DNA of 64,000 nucleotides from Parcubacteria group bacterium (lineage in GTDB: Bacteria; Patescibacteriota; Minisyncoccia; Phycocordibacterales; Phycocordibacteraceae): contig JAQBRE010000002.1 in the NCBI GenBank assembly GCA_028286605.1, positions 60,219 to 124,218 of the forward strand, in the 5' to 3' direction. The notes beneath the pieces were generated by a model. The model saw nothing but the letters and a program-made list of their open reading frames with translations, ran no database searches and was not told the origin of the DNA. Shown in pieces: positions 36,489 to 46,042 of this stretch (position 1 is its first letter; every line of letters starts with the position of its first letter). The translations under genes and the position numbers were made by a program.

Positions 36489-37696
36489 AGGTCGTACTCC
36501 CAAAGCGAACCAGTCTTCTTGTCTGTAAATACCAAGACATCTTCCTTCGGATCGACGGTCAGTGAAACCGCATCGATAGAAGTCTTCGCAACAGCAGTAG
36601 GGTCAACGATGAGCGTTGCAACGCGTGCAGTCATGTCGATGCGCCAGATACGGTCAGTGAAGGACACGGCACCCTGATACCAGTCGTCTGGAAGATTTCC
36701 TGAACCAAGATCCGTCGGTACGCCGCAGTACACCGTTACTTCGTCTGCCCAAACGCACTTTTCTGTAAGAGTGGCAAGCGGAAGCGCTGTTGCAGAATGA
36801 GTCGCAATATTTATAACTGCCAGATGCACGACACCGCCATCTACATAGCTATAGAGGAGTGATTTTCCAGACGGGCTCGGTAGAAGCGTGAGGCCAGCAA
36901 GAGGCCCGAGTATTCGCGTGAATGAATTTCCATTGATTTGGAACCCGTACCCGAACGTCGCACTCGATGCTTTCGTATGTGCAAAATAGGTATTCCCTGC
37001 CGGATATACGATGAGCGAAGAAACGAGCGAAGTGAAAAGCGTGCGAGGGCTTGAGCCATCGATTTTAGAAACCGTTCCCACCGAACCGCTCGTGCTCGTA
37101 AGTAATGTAAATAGTCCAGTTGAGCTGGCGACACGTGCCTCAGCAAGATCCTGCTCAAGGAAATATCCACCGTTTCCATCTGAAGGAAGCGCATAGGTTG
37201 CGACATGTTCGCCATCAGTCGCGTTCGTCGTGATGAACTGCACATATGCCATAGAACCGTTCGGAACCCATGATGCCACCTGAATACCTGGCAGTGTTTT
37301 GTTAGAGCGGCGCGTAAGCGTACGGGCATGTGCGATGTAGCTGTAGATATTGCCGCTAGCGCGATCTATGAAACGCACGTCTACGTCTGGTGTGGTCGGC
37401 GTACTGCTACTTGTCGTTGCGCCATTCGTCGGTATCGCGATATTTACATCTACCGCAGCAACACCTTCAGCGACAGGGCCATCGGTAATCTTTACGAAGT
37501 TCGGCGCAACGATGGTGCCAGCACCTTGGCCCTCTGTAAGGCCACCCGGAGTCGTCGTACTGCTTCCCGCATTAGCAAATGGATTACCAACCGTAAGCGT
37601 CCCCGCCTTCGGCGCAAAGAATAAGTAATACGCACCGATCGCCAGCCCGATGATGACGATGATTGCTGCAACAATGATAAGGATTCGACGCATCAT
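36485..37696 (-). CDS. Membrane-anchored extracytoplasmic protein, last gene of the T4SS-like operon
   Basis: N-terminal TM (ILIIVAAIIVIIGLAIGAYYLFF), then a 370-aa Thr/Ser-rich beta-type domain. Confidence 0.5.
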   Translation of the reverse strand: MMRRILIIVAAIIVIIGLAIGAYYLFFAPKAGTLTVGNPFANAGSSTTTPGGLTEGQGAGTIVAPNFVKITDGPVAEGVAAVDVNIAIPTNGATTSSSTPTTPDVDVRFIDRASGNIYSYIAHARTLTRRSNKTLPGIQVASWVPNGSMAYVQFITTNATDGEHVATYALPSDGNGGYFLEQDLAEARVASSTGLFTLLTSTSGSVGTVSKIDGSSPRTLFTSLVSSLIVYPAGNTYFAHTKASSATFGYGFQINGNSFTRILGPLAGLTLLPSPSGKSLLYSYVDGGVVHLAVINIATHSATALPLATLTEKCVWADEVTVYCGVPTDLGSGNLPDDWYQGAVSFTDRIWRIDMTARVATLIVDPTAVAKTSIDAVSLTVDPKEDVLVFTDKKTGSLWEYDL

Positions 37697-37699
37697 ATG

Positions 37700-38410
37700 T
37701 TAATTCTTACCGCAGCACTGATACCCAACGACCTGACCAAGAGCTGGGTTAGCGTTACAGCATGATTGAGGAATTACTCCTTCTCCGGAGGGGCACATCG
37801 TTGTGGTTGGAGAATTGGTAATAGTTTTATACTGACACTGATTCTGATTCTGCGTAGAAGAGATACACGTGCTATTGCTGCAGACATCAGTACCAGTACA
37901 CGCTGGCGAACAGCTCGACATGCCATATACGCCACCTGTCTTGTCTGCGTTCGGTACTGTTGAACCGTTCGTAAGAGGCGTAACTTGAACATCACCCCCT
38001 GTACCGTTTTTGCTCTGCAGGCCTGTAAAATTAAGGCTTATATTAAGAATCTTCGGATTGATGACGCTGAATACCACGAACGGAGAGAGCACCAGTACAA
38101 GACCAAGAATCGCATTCATGATCTTTGCACGCGCTTTCGTATTTTTGGAAACGCTGTCCGCACTGCCCATAAAGATGAAGCCTGCCCAAATTATCTGAGC
38201 AATAGCGAAGAACGCAGCAAGACCGATGCTGATGCGATACAGGTTGTTTATGAAAGATGGTAACGATATGGCATTTGCCGCAACCGTAGAAAGGCCGGGA
38301 AGCTGCGTAAGCGGTACGAACTGGTCGTCGGCGAATGCGAGAAGTGGTATTGAAATCGCGACACCGCTTGCGACGAATGCTGCTGCAGTTATAAGGGTGG
38401 AACGTTTCAT
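37700..38410 (-). CDS. Candidate VirB2/TrbC-like pilin with a Cys-rich C-terminal extension
   Basis: Signal peptide, then two closely spaced hydrophobic helices (ISIGLAAFFAIAQIIWAGFIFMG and IMNAILGLVLVLSPFVVFSVI) as in T4SS pilins, then a Gly/Thr/Cys-rich tail (about 14 Cys). Confidence 0.4.
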   Translation of the reverse strand: MKRSTLITAAAFVASGVAISIPLLAFADDQFVPLTQLPGLSTVAANAISLPSFINNLYRISIGLAAFFAIAQIIWAGFIFMGSADSVSKNTKARAKIMNAILGLVLVLSPFVVFSVINPKILNISLNFTGLQSKNGTGGDVQVTPLTNGSTVPNADKTGGVYGMSSCSPACTGTDVCSNSTCISSTQNQNQCQYKTITNSPTTTMCPSGEGVIPQSCCNANPALGQVVGYQCCGKN

Positions 38411-38413
38411 ACT

Positions 38414-39427
38414 CTATAGACCAAATATACCAAGAGATTTCTTCGCGCCGAACTGAACGGTCATGGAAGTATCTCCGAGCTGGCTAGTATCTGACTGTTT
38501 TGCTTCGAAACCGACTACTGCCGTTCCGGAACCTGCGCCGTTTGAACGAACGGTAATATCCTGCCCTGCCTGACTCGCCACATCATTAACCGTCCAGGTG
38601 AGTGACGGTGAACCGGTGAAGTAATAAGGCACGCCACGGAAGGTATCCTCTGCATCGCTCATAGCGATGGTATCTGGAAGCGCATAGTTGAATAGAGGAC
38701 CAAGGAGCGGATCATTCTGATAGATGCGCACGATAGGGCTTACCGGCGATATGAAAGCAGACGCCTGTGCAACGCCGCTGCTGTCAGGGGTAGCAACCGT
38801 TACGGTAATCGTTGCGTTGCGGTACTGCACGGGAGCTGTCGCAGTGAGTACGGATTTTCCGATGCCTGAATCACTTTCAAGAATCTGGTCACCGTTTTTC
38901 CACGTATACACAAGGCTTGAAGCAGGAACAAGCGCTCCTGATGCGGTGCGCAGGTTTGGTAATGCGACGAGCCGTACAAGGCCTCCAGAGGCCACAAGTG
39001 ATGCTCCGTGATAAAACGGATGCGATGTAGAAACAGGCTCTACGATAAGCGCCACATCAGCGGGGCGAATAACAAGGCTCTGGCTATAAGTCTTTCCATC
39101 GCTGGTAACTGCCACAACTTTGATCGTACTTGCGACGCCCGCGGCACCTGCTTGTACCTGTACGGGCGCTGAGCCACTTCCCTTCTGTATGACTGTTCCA
39201 TTCACAGAAATAGTCACCTGACTTGAAGAAAGGTCGATAAGCGTGCTATCAGGCGTTACGGTAACCGCTTGATAGGGTGCTGGGTACTGTGGGTCGATGG
39301 AAACAGTAAGTGGGTCTGTACCAGCTGGTACTTGCTGAGCGAATACAGGATGAGCGCCTGTAAGAAGGAGTAGGGCTGCAAAGACGAAACCAGCTTTCAT
39401 TGTGTACAGTATAGCGCGTTTGCGCAT
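38414..39427 (-). CDS. Secreted beta-rich protein (Ig-like repeats), T4SS-associated
   Basis: Signal peptide AGFVFAALLLLTGAHPVFA. Repetitive V/T/S-rich beta pattern. Confidence 0.5.
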   Translation of the reverse strand: MRKRAILYTMKAGFVFAALLLLTGAHPVFAQQVPAGTDPLTVSIDPQYPAPYQAVTVTPDSTLIDLSSSQVTISVNGTVIQKGSGSAPVQVQAGAAGVASTIKVVAVTSDGKTYSQSLVIRPADVALIVEPVSTSHPFYHGASLVASGGLVRLVALPNLRTASGALVPASSLVYTWKNGDQILESDSGIGKSVLTATAPVQYRNATITVTVATPDSSGVAQASAFISPVSPIVRIYQNDPLLGPLFNYALPDTIAMSDAEDTFRGVPYYFTGSPSLTWTVNDVASQAGQDITVRSNGAGSGTAVVGFEAKQSDTSQLGDTSMTVQFGAKKSLGIFGL

Positions 39428-39435
39428 GCCACTGC

Positions 39436-39837
39436 TTATGCGGCTCGGGATAGAGGTGGCCTGCGAACGTTATCATTTGCTGCTTTTGCTGCCGATTCCT
39501 TTTCTTCTCCCTTCGCGTCTTGGTCCAGAAGATAGTATGTGGTTCCGAGCTGTATGGTGAGTGCTGGTATAAAATCATCAAGCCCAGGAGCTACATTAAC
39601 AACGCCGTTGACAATAACATTGGCCATTTTCTGCGCAGATCTTTTCCCTCCTATATATTTTGGTCCTACACGAATGAAGAAATAAAGATTCAAAGAAATC
39701 AGACCGAACATCTTTAACGGCCAGCCAAGAAGATCAATGCCAGGTATCCAGCAGATGGCCATGCACGCAAGATCAATCGCAGCCGTGAACATATACAGGA
39801 ACATCTTTTCGATCGAATCGATTTTCCCTGAATCCAT
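39436..39837 (-). CDS. Small polytopic membrane protein, T4SS-associated
   Basis: 133 aa with three hydrophobic segments, immediately downstream of the VirB4 ATPase gene. Confidence 0.5.
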   Translation of the reverse strand: MDSGKIDSIEKMFLYMFTAAIDLACMAICWIPGIDLLGWPLKMFGLISLNLYFFIRVGPKYIGGKRSAQKMANVIVNGVVNVAPGLDDFIPALTIQLGTTYYLLDQDAKGEEKESAAKAANDNVRRPPLSRAA

Positions 39838-39843
39838 AGCGGT

Positions 39844-41667
39844 CTATGCTGAGCCTGCTGCGTCCTGACGCATCTTTTCCTGTTGTATCTGCAGAAGCTG
39901 CGACGGATCGGAGGTGATTATCTGATCTTCTGTATACGAAGCGACTATCTTGATAGCGGCGTGTTTCAAACCGGCGAAGAAGAGGCCCTCCCCCACTCCT
40001 GATTCAAGCAGGAGGTATTTTTCTTCATCAGTAAGACCGAATGTTTCCTGAAGAACGTCCACTGTTGTCGGCGATTGCTTAAGCAGCAGCTGCATCGAAG
40101 AGTTCGTAAGGATCGGACGACCATACGGGCTGCGAAGGAAGTCCTCCACGTCCTGTGTGATAGTGGCGAGACCAAGGAAGTACTTACGACCACGCTTCGC
40201 CAAACTGAATAGAAACGAGGCTGTGTCTTCAGACTTCATCATCCACCACGCCTCATCAATAATGAGCAGGCGTTTCTTCAGTTCATGCCGTACGGAATTC
40301 CATATATAGTGCGTAACGATATACATCGCGACCGGCTTGAGCTCGTCCTCCATGTCACGCACAGAGAACACGACGAACTGATTATTGATATCAACGTTTG
40401 TTGGCTGGTTCAGGAAGCCTGCCCATGTGCCCTTCGTGTATTTCGAAAGACGCTGCACGAGCGAGGTGGAACCCTCCATGCCCGAAAGAACACTTTCGAA
40501 ATCGGAAAGAAGCGGTGGTTCTACGCCGGTGAAATCCGTATCGCCGCTAATATCTTTCAGCGCGTAGGTTTCAGAGATCGCGCGGTCTATGATTGCGTCC
40601 TCTTCCGGCGTGAGGCCGCCGAGCATGATACGGAACAAGCCCACGAGGTTGATGATCGTGCTGCGCAGGATATCTGCAGGGTTTTCGTCCTCACGCACCG
40701 GCGGAAGATCAAATGGATTAATGTGGTTCTCGCTTGAAAGCGAAATATTGAACATCTTGCCGCCGGTTGCCTGTGCAAGGTATTCATATTCACGTTCAGG
40801 ATCGATAACGATAACTTCCGTATCAAACATGAGCGAACGAAGGATTTCCAGTTTCACTGCGTAGGACTTTCCAGAACCAGACTTCGCGAAGACCACGGAG
40901 TTGTAGTTCTCAAGAGAGAAGCGATCAAAGAGGATCAGCGATGCATTGTGACGGTTAATGCCATACAGGATGCCGCGATCACTTGAAAGGTCGAACGAAA
41001 CGAATGGGAAGATGCTAGAAAGCGGGGATGAATTGAGCTTGTTCGTAACGGCGAGCTCATCTATAGCGAGCGGTAGCGTTGAACGGAAGCCTTGTTCCTG
41101 CTGGAACAGTGCGGGTTTCGTATACACGAGCTTTGAATCAAGGATGCCGCGCAAGTCCCCCTCTACCTTGTCTAGCTCTTCTTTCGTAGACGCATACATA
41201 GTGATGTACAGGCCAACTTCGAACAGTTTTTCCTGCGCCTGTTGCAGATTATCGCGCAACGTTTCAAGGTCTTGATATGCCGTATCAAGCATGGGGTCAC
41301 GAACGAGGCCGCGCCCTTCTCGCTCTGCTATCTGGCTCTGTACCTCAGCCACTTTCTTCTGGAAATTACGCAAAGCGTCGGCCGTGTCGATTGGATTAAC
41401 GAATATAGATACGTCGAAGACCTTATCCAGGTTGATGATAGGTGTGAACCAGCCGTCTGAAAGGAATCGAGGATAGGAGATCGTATAAAAGGAACGGGCT
41501 ACCTTCTCACCAAGCTCTATCTCACGTGAGCTCACCTTGAGCGCCGCAGGCGCGATGGTGTCCGCCAGATCAAGCGTACCCTGCGCGTAAATATCTTTCG
41601 GCAGCACTGGCGCAACGACGGGTGCGTCTTCTTTTTTGCCACGGTTTAGGAAGTCGAGAAGTGCCAT
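39844..41667 (-). CDS. VirB4/TraE-type T4SS ATPase (body: region with YPRF...DGWF motif plus ATPase domain)
   Basis: ...SFYTISYPRFLSDGWFTPIINLD...ILYGINRHNASLILFD...VFAKSGSGKSYAVK (Walker A)...LLIIDEAWWMM (Walker B). Layout is typical of Gram-positive-type VirB4. Confidence 0.85.
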   Translation of the reverse strand: MALLDFLNRGKKEDAPVVAPVLPKDIYAQGTLDLADTIAPAALKVSSREIELGEKVARSFYTISYPRFLSDGWFTPIINLDKVFDVSIFVNPIDTADALRNFQKKVAEVQSQIAEREGRGLVRDPMLDTAYQDLETLRDNLQQAQEKLFEVGLYITMYASTKEELDKVEGDLRGILDSKLVYTKPALFQQEQGFRSTLPLAIDELAVTNKLNSSPLSSIFPFVSFDLSSDRGILYGINRHNASLILFDRFSLENYNSVVFAKSGSGKSYAVKLEILRSLMFDTEVIVIDPEREYEYLAQATGGKMFNISLSSENHINPFDLPPVREDENPADILRSTIINLVGLFRIMLGGLTPEEDAIIDRAISETYALKDISGDTDFTGVEPPLLSDFESVLSGMEGSTSLVQRLSKYTKGTWAGFLNQPTNVDINNQFVVFSVRDMEDELKPVAMYIVTHYIWNSVRHELKKRLLIIDEAWWMMKSEDTASFLFSLAKRGRKYFLGLATITQDVEDFLRSPYGRPILTNSSMQLLLKQSPTTVDVLQETFGLTDEEKYLLLESGVGEGLFFAGLKHAAIKIVASYTEDQIITSDPSQLLQIQQEKMRQDAAGSA

Positions 41668-41670
41668 AAA

Positions 41671-42306
41671 TTATGCAGTGAATGAAATAGGGTTTTCCAT
41701 CTCGCCCAAATTGAAGGAACGGTACAGGAGCTCGATGATCTCTTCGGTACCGAGTGGCACAGCACGCAGCCCTGCACTTCCGAGCCCTCCTGCCACCAGC
41801 GCCATACGCTGCTCGAGCTGCACGCGGCTCTCTTCAAAACTCACGTCGACACCCGGTGCTGCAGCAACCGAACTCTTTCCTATTCCCGCAAAGGCACCCT
41901 TAACCGAAACGGCTGCACTGTTCGTTGAATACGGAACCACGATATAGAACGTCTTCGTCATAATGTCCGACCCCTCGATGAAATTACGGATGAACTGAAT
42001 GTATTCACGAAGCTGAATACGCATAAGTTCGCTGGTCTGATGCTCGAGCCGTTCACTCAGCAAGTTCAGATACGGACGAATATCCGTCTTGCGCGAATGG
42101 ATGACGATCTGCACCGTGAAATCGAGCGTATTAAGGAAATTCTGGAACCCGCCGATGATCGCCTTCTGTTCGTCTTCCGATTTCAGCGCGAAGTTAAGCG
42201 AAGAACACATCATGATGCCGCGATAACCGCCCTCCTTAAGGATAACGACACCGTTCCGAACTTCGGAAACCGGTACGAATGCTTGGGTTGGTTTTGGTGT
42301 AGCCAT
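41671..42306 (-). CDS. VirB4 N-terminal region encoded as a separate ORF, in frame with and 3 nt from the downstream ATPase ORF
   Basis: ...VPVSEVRNGVVILKEGGYRGIMMCSSLNFALKSEDEQKAIIGGFQNFLNTLDFTVQIVIHSRKTDIRPYL... resembles the extreme N-terminus of long (about 800-aa) Gram-positive VirB4 proteins. Ends with TAA 41671-41673, followed by TTT and the ATG of the next ORF in the same frame. Confidence 0.6.
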   Translation of the reverse strand: MATPKPTQAFVPVSEVRNGVVILKEGGYRGIMMCSSLNFALKSEDEQKAIIGGFQNFLNTLDFTVQIVIHSRKTDIRPYLNLLSERLEHQTSELMRIQLREYIQFIRNFIEGSDIMTKTFYIVVPYSTNSAAVSVKGAFAGIGKSSVAAAPGVDVSFEESRVQLEQRMALVAGGLGSAGLRAVPLGTEEIIELLYRSFNLGEMENPISFTA

Positions 42307-42307
42307 A

Positions 42308-42724
42308 TTAAAGGGTTTCGGGCGGTTTGGTGTGATCCTGAATATCCAGGGACCATGCAAGATCCTTCAGTTTTCCTTGTGAAAGGCCCAGTTTCTCACG
42401 AACGGGCGCAACAGTAGCCTGAACGATGGCAGGAGTCTCTGATTTCTGCTCTTTTTTCCAAAGATAGAGGCGTCCTCCTGTGTAGTAGATGAAACCTGCT
42501 TCAAGAATATCAAGGAAACTCTTGTTGTTTACCTTATAGAATGCAAGCGCTAATGCGAGGCCCATAATTGGTACGGAAAGCGCTGCGCCGATGATGAATG
42601 GAAGATAGAGAATGAGACCGACGCACATACCGACACCGCCTGCCAGGAATACGAATTGGCGCAGCGTAAGCGGGCCGAATATTTTATTCTCTACTTCGAT
42701 GAACTGAGGAACCTGATACTCCAT
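42308..42724 (-). CDS. PrgI-family (VirB3-like) small T4SS membrane protein
   Basis: MEYQVPQFIEVENKIFGPLTLRQFVFLAGGVGMCVGLILYLP... matches the PrgI-family start (M.Y.VPk...e.kifg.lT.RQ) and two-TM topology. Sits directly upstream of VirB4, as in Gram-positive T4SS. Confidence 0.6.
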   Translation of the reverse strand: MEYQVPQFIEVENKIFGPLTLRQFVFLAGGVGMCVGLILYLPFIIGAALSVPIMGLALALAFYKVNNKSFLDILEAGFIYYTGGRLYLWKKEQKSETPAIVQATVAPVREKLGLSQGKLKDLAWSLDIQDHTKPPETL

Positions 42725-42771
42725 TGCTACGAGTATACCAGTTCGTTGCGCATGCTTCCTTACTCTTGAAC

Positions 42772-43650
42772 TTATTCTGGAGCCTCGCGATACGGATCCA
42801 TGCCGTATTCCTTCACAATTGGCACTGCAGGCGTGTTCGGCGTACTAAATGAAGATGACTGACCGGGAAGATTCGACGGAATCGGCACAGAAGCAGCGCG
42901 TGGCTGATAGGGCGGGATTACTGCGGGCGGAACGAACGCAGGTGCAATCGGCGCGGCAATCGGCATTGGTGGTGCAGGCGGCAAAACAGCGGTAGGAAGA
43001 GTAAATGGAACGCCCGTATTCGGTACGGATGATGTTTGGAATGAGCGTGCGGGCGAGGATGGCTGCCAGGTCGGTTGCGCAGTACGGATCGTCGTCGTTT
43101 CCTGCGGTGCATGAGGATGCTTGGCCATTTCTTTAGCAAGTTCCATATCGTGCACCATAGTACGGATTACCGGTTGTGCCGCAACCGGTGCTACAGGAAT
43201 ACTGGTGGGTGGTGGAGCGAAGGGGGCAGGAGCCGCTGGCGCGAATACCTGCATTGGCGGTGCAACTGGTCGTGCTGGCGCAGGAATAGGGGTACTGGCA
43301 AGAACTGGTGTCACAGAATCCGTACTCTGTTCCTCGTGTTGTAGCTGCTTGAAGACGCGCTCATTCACATCTGTCGTGAGTCCGCGTACCGCAGCATCAG
43401 GAATACCTGCATCACGCAGCTCCTGCACGAACTCATCCGGTGTATACACACCCAACAACATATATAGGTATGAGCGTTCGAACACTCCCGCCTGATCAAT
43501 GCGCAACAAGTATTTTGCACCTAGTTCCGCCGCTACAGCGTCACGCTGAGGACTACGTAGAAAATCTTGCAATGGTTGTGGCAACTCTTGCATCAACACG
43601 GCCATCTGCTCCGCTAAGGTTAGCTCTTCAGGAATCTGATTCTCATCCAT
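42772..43650 (-). CDS. Proline-rich hypothetical protein, T4SS-associated
   Basis: Start moved to MDENQIPEEL (ATG 43648-43650) to avoid overlap with the upstream gene. The C-terminal half is PAxP-rich. Confidence 0.45.
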   Translation of the reverse strand: MDENQIPEELTLAEQMAVLMQELPQPLQDFLRSPQRDAVAAELGAKYLLRIDQAGVFERSYLYMLLGVYTPDEFVQELRDAGIPDAAVRGLTTDVNERVFKQLQHEEQSTDSVTPVLASTPIPAPARPVAPPMQVFAPAAPAPFAPPPTSIPVAPVAAQPVIRTMVHDMELAKEMAKHPHAPQETTTIRTAQPTWQPSSPARSFQTSSVPNTGVPFTLPTAVLPPAPPMPIAAPIAPAFVPPAVIPPYQPRAASVPIPSNLPGQSSSFSTPNTPAVPIVKEYGMDPYREAPE

Positions 43651-43690
43651 TACTGTAGTATCGCTCCTAATGTACATTATTTCCACTGAA

Positions 43691-46036
43691 CTACGCAGCT
43701 GGAGGTGGAGCATCTTCTTCTTTTTGGGCATCTATTGCCTCACTAAGCTTATCGGAAATTTCAGCTTCCTTTGCATTGCCATCACTAATTGCTTTACCCA
43801 AATCCTTAAAAAGGCTTTCAGATTTTGTTTGCTTTAGGCTCCTCTTAATTGCATTTGATGCCTCTCTTTCTGGACGACCAGTGAGGAATCCTGGAACAAA
43901 TGTACGGGCTTTCGAAAGATTATCAGCATATCTTCCCTGACGACTGCTTAGCAATATTTTTCTATCCAGAGCATCTGAATCAACCTTGTATTTCCTCTCT
44001 TCAGCAACTTGCTTGTCGGTAATTTCCTGTAGATCGTTGCTGTATTTGTCAGCGGTTGCAAGATACTCTGCGCGTGATGTCTTGAGTTTGTCTGCATTAC
44101 TTACTAGGGTAGACTTCTGTGCGGTTAGCGCATTTATCTTGGTGCTTGAGATCAATGTTTCCTGTGTTTGGCCTTGTCTGAACAATTCATCATGATTAGC
44201 TGTTTCAGCAGCTATCTCGTTAGTAAGGCGGACATACTCTGGATCCTCTTCACCCGATGCGACCTTCTTTTCAAGATCAGAAATTGAATTCGCATAAGAA
44301 TTTCTGGCATTAACGAGAGAGTCTCTCTTATTCTTACTGTCTGTTTGTGCTGTTTTGTGAGCAGTATCAGTGTTCTTTTTCTGCTCTTTAAGAGCTTTAG
44401 CCTCAGCATCCTCTGTTGGATTTGGTTTAATCGAGTTCGCATAGTCCGTGCGCGCCTTGATATCTTTCTTCTCAATTTCGGCATACCCGCCGGCTGCAGT
44501 TTTGCCAGGCTTACCAAGATCTATCTTTGCAGCCTTGGTAATATTTCCCGCGAACTTGGTTGCGCGAGGATCGAAGCTTGATTTCGCACCCCTATCAGCA
44601 ATCGATGCAAGCCGGCGTCCCATTTCTGTATCAGCAAGTCCTGGAGTATTGCGTATGCTGCGTCCTATAGCAGCAGACCCTGCGCCAACAGTGCGTCGTG
44701 CAACGAATGCACCGCTTCCAAACGCGACGCCGCCCGCTGTCTTTATCGCGAAGTCTGCACCCATAGCACCGAATTTCTTCGCAGCCATAAGCGCCCCAAT
44801 GAGGCCGGCAATAATAAGTAAGAACACCATGATAATTCCCATGTTGTCGGTACCCGGACCGGTCAGTGCACTCGCGAGCCCATTATTATTCGATACTGAT
44901 GAAAAGCCTTCGGTTACCTTAAGATCTATAAAAATCAGCAAGAATAAAATAGGCGCGAAGAATGCCTGATGTATAAGCGTGTTCCACCAGCCTTTCGCTA
45001 TTTTCTCGAGGGGCGGGAGTGCCATTCCAGCGAACCCTATCGGGGAAAGGACGATAAGGCCGGTAAGAACGACGGCGCGCCAGGCAAGCATAAGCGCCGC
45101 CGCTAAAAGAACAACCGTACCGACTATTGAGAACAGCGAAAGGCCGATTAGAACCAAGGCTTTGTTCGTGACCGTAACAGTACCGCCAGTCTTAAGTGCG
45201 TAGATACCAGAAAGTCCGGTTGACTCCATGATGTGTCCGGCAATACCACTATTAATATTGCAGCTAGTCGTTACGCACGGGTCGGTATTTGCCTGTGCGT
45301 ACAGCGCGGAGGTTAGAACGTTGGAAGTATCAATAATTGCTTCTGCAGCGAAGATACTGAAATTCAGAAGTATCGCGAAAATTATGAGCTTCGGTATCGC
45401 TTTCTTGTCTGCAAATTTTCCCGTATCAAGGATAATGCTGATGCCCATAAGTACGAAGCCGAACAGAAGGATCAGATTTCCGATATCGCGCAGTATTCCC
45501 CAAGCAGTAAGGAGGCCTGCAGAATTTCCTATAAGAGTTGAAAATTGGAATACCGTTTTAACTATGACCCAGTTCAGCAATGTTCCTGCAATCGCAAGAA
45601 TAAAGTTCGTGAAGGTAATGATGAATGTCGCCACGACATTCAAGATACAATCTCCTATGTTTGAGATTCCGCAGCCGGTGGTCGCCCCACCTCCTGCAGC
45701 AGGCGCAGGCGCTGCGGCCGCAGGTGTCGTTGCAGTAGGGGCGCCGCCGAATTCAGTCTGCGCAGCCGCAGCGCTTGCATCGATAGCGGCATTGCTTCCA
45801 GTGAAGTTTACGCTGCCGTCAGCGTTAGTGGGTACATCTGATGCAGACAAGTTTGATAATCCAGACGCATCAGGAAGCGTGGCAGTTACGTTTCCAATAC
45901 CAGTCGATGCCGGAGGCGTAGCTGCCGGAGGTGTTGCGGCCTGCGCATGTACAAGCGTTGGTGCGACAACAAAGAGCGCCGCGAACAGCAGCGTTCCTGT
46001 CAGAAGCGAGCGAATTCCTAGAGCGAAAGTTCTCAT
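43691..46036 (-). CDS. VirB6/TrbL-like polytopic T4SS membrane protein with a long C-terminal coiled-coil/hydrophilic domain
   Basis: Signal/TM N-terminus and at least 6 TM helices in the central 350 aa (...FIITFTNFILAIAGTLLNWVIV...). C-terminal 300 aa is K/E/A-rich and predicted helical. Confidence 0.6.
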   Translation of the reverse strand: MRTFALGIRSLLTGTLLFAALFVVAPTLVHAQAATPPAATPPASTGIGNVTATLPDASGLSNLSASDVPTNADGSVNFTGSNAAIDASAAAAQTEFGGAPTATTPAAAAPAPAAGGGATTGCGISNIGDCILNVVATFIITFTNFILAIAGTLLNWVIVKTVFQFSTLIGNSAGLLTAWGILRDIGNLILLFGFVLMGISIILDTGKFADKKAIPKLIIFAILLNFSIFAAEAIIDTSNVLTSALYAQANTDPCVTTSCNINSGIAGHIMESTGLSGIYALKTGGTVTVTNKALVLIGLSLFSIVGTVVLLAAALMLAWRAVVLTGLIVLSPIGFAGMALPPLEKIAKGWWNTLIHQAFFAPILFLLIFIDLKVTEGFSSVSNNNGLASALTGPGTDNMGIIMVFLLIIAGLIGALMAAKKFGAMGADFAIKTAGGVAFGSGAFVARRTVGAGSAAIGRSIRNTPGLADTEMGRRLASIADRGAKSSFDPRATKFAGNITKAAKIDLGKPGKTAAGGYAEIEKKDIKARTDYANSIKPNPTEDAEAKALKEQKKNTDTAHKTAQTDSKNKRDSLVNARNSYANSISDLEKKVASGEEDPEYVRLTNEIAAETANHDELFRQGQTQETLISSTKINALTAQKSTLVSNADKLKTSRAEYLATADKYSNDLQEITDKQVAEERKYKVDSDALDRKILLSSRQGRYADNLSKARTFVPGFLTGRPEREASNAIKRSLKQTKSESLFKDLGKAISDGNAKEAEISDKLSEAIDAQKEEDAPPPAA

Positions 46037-46042
46037 AGGTGG

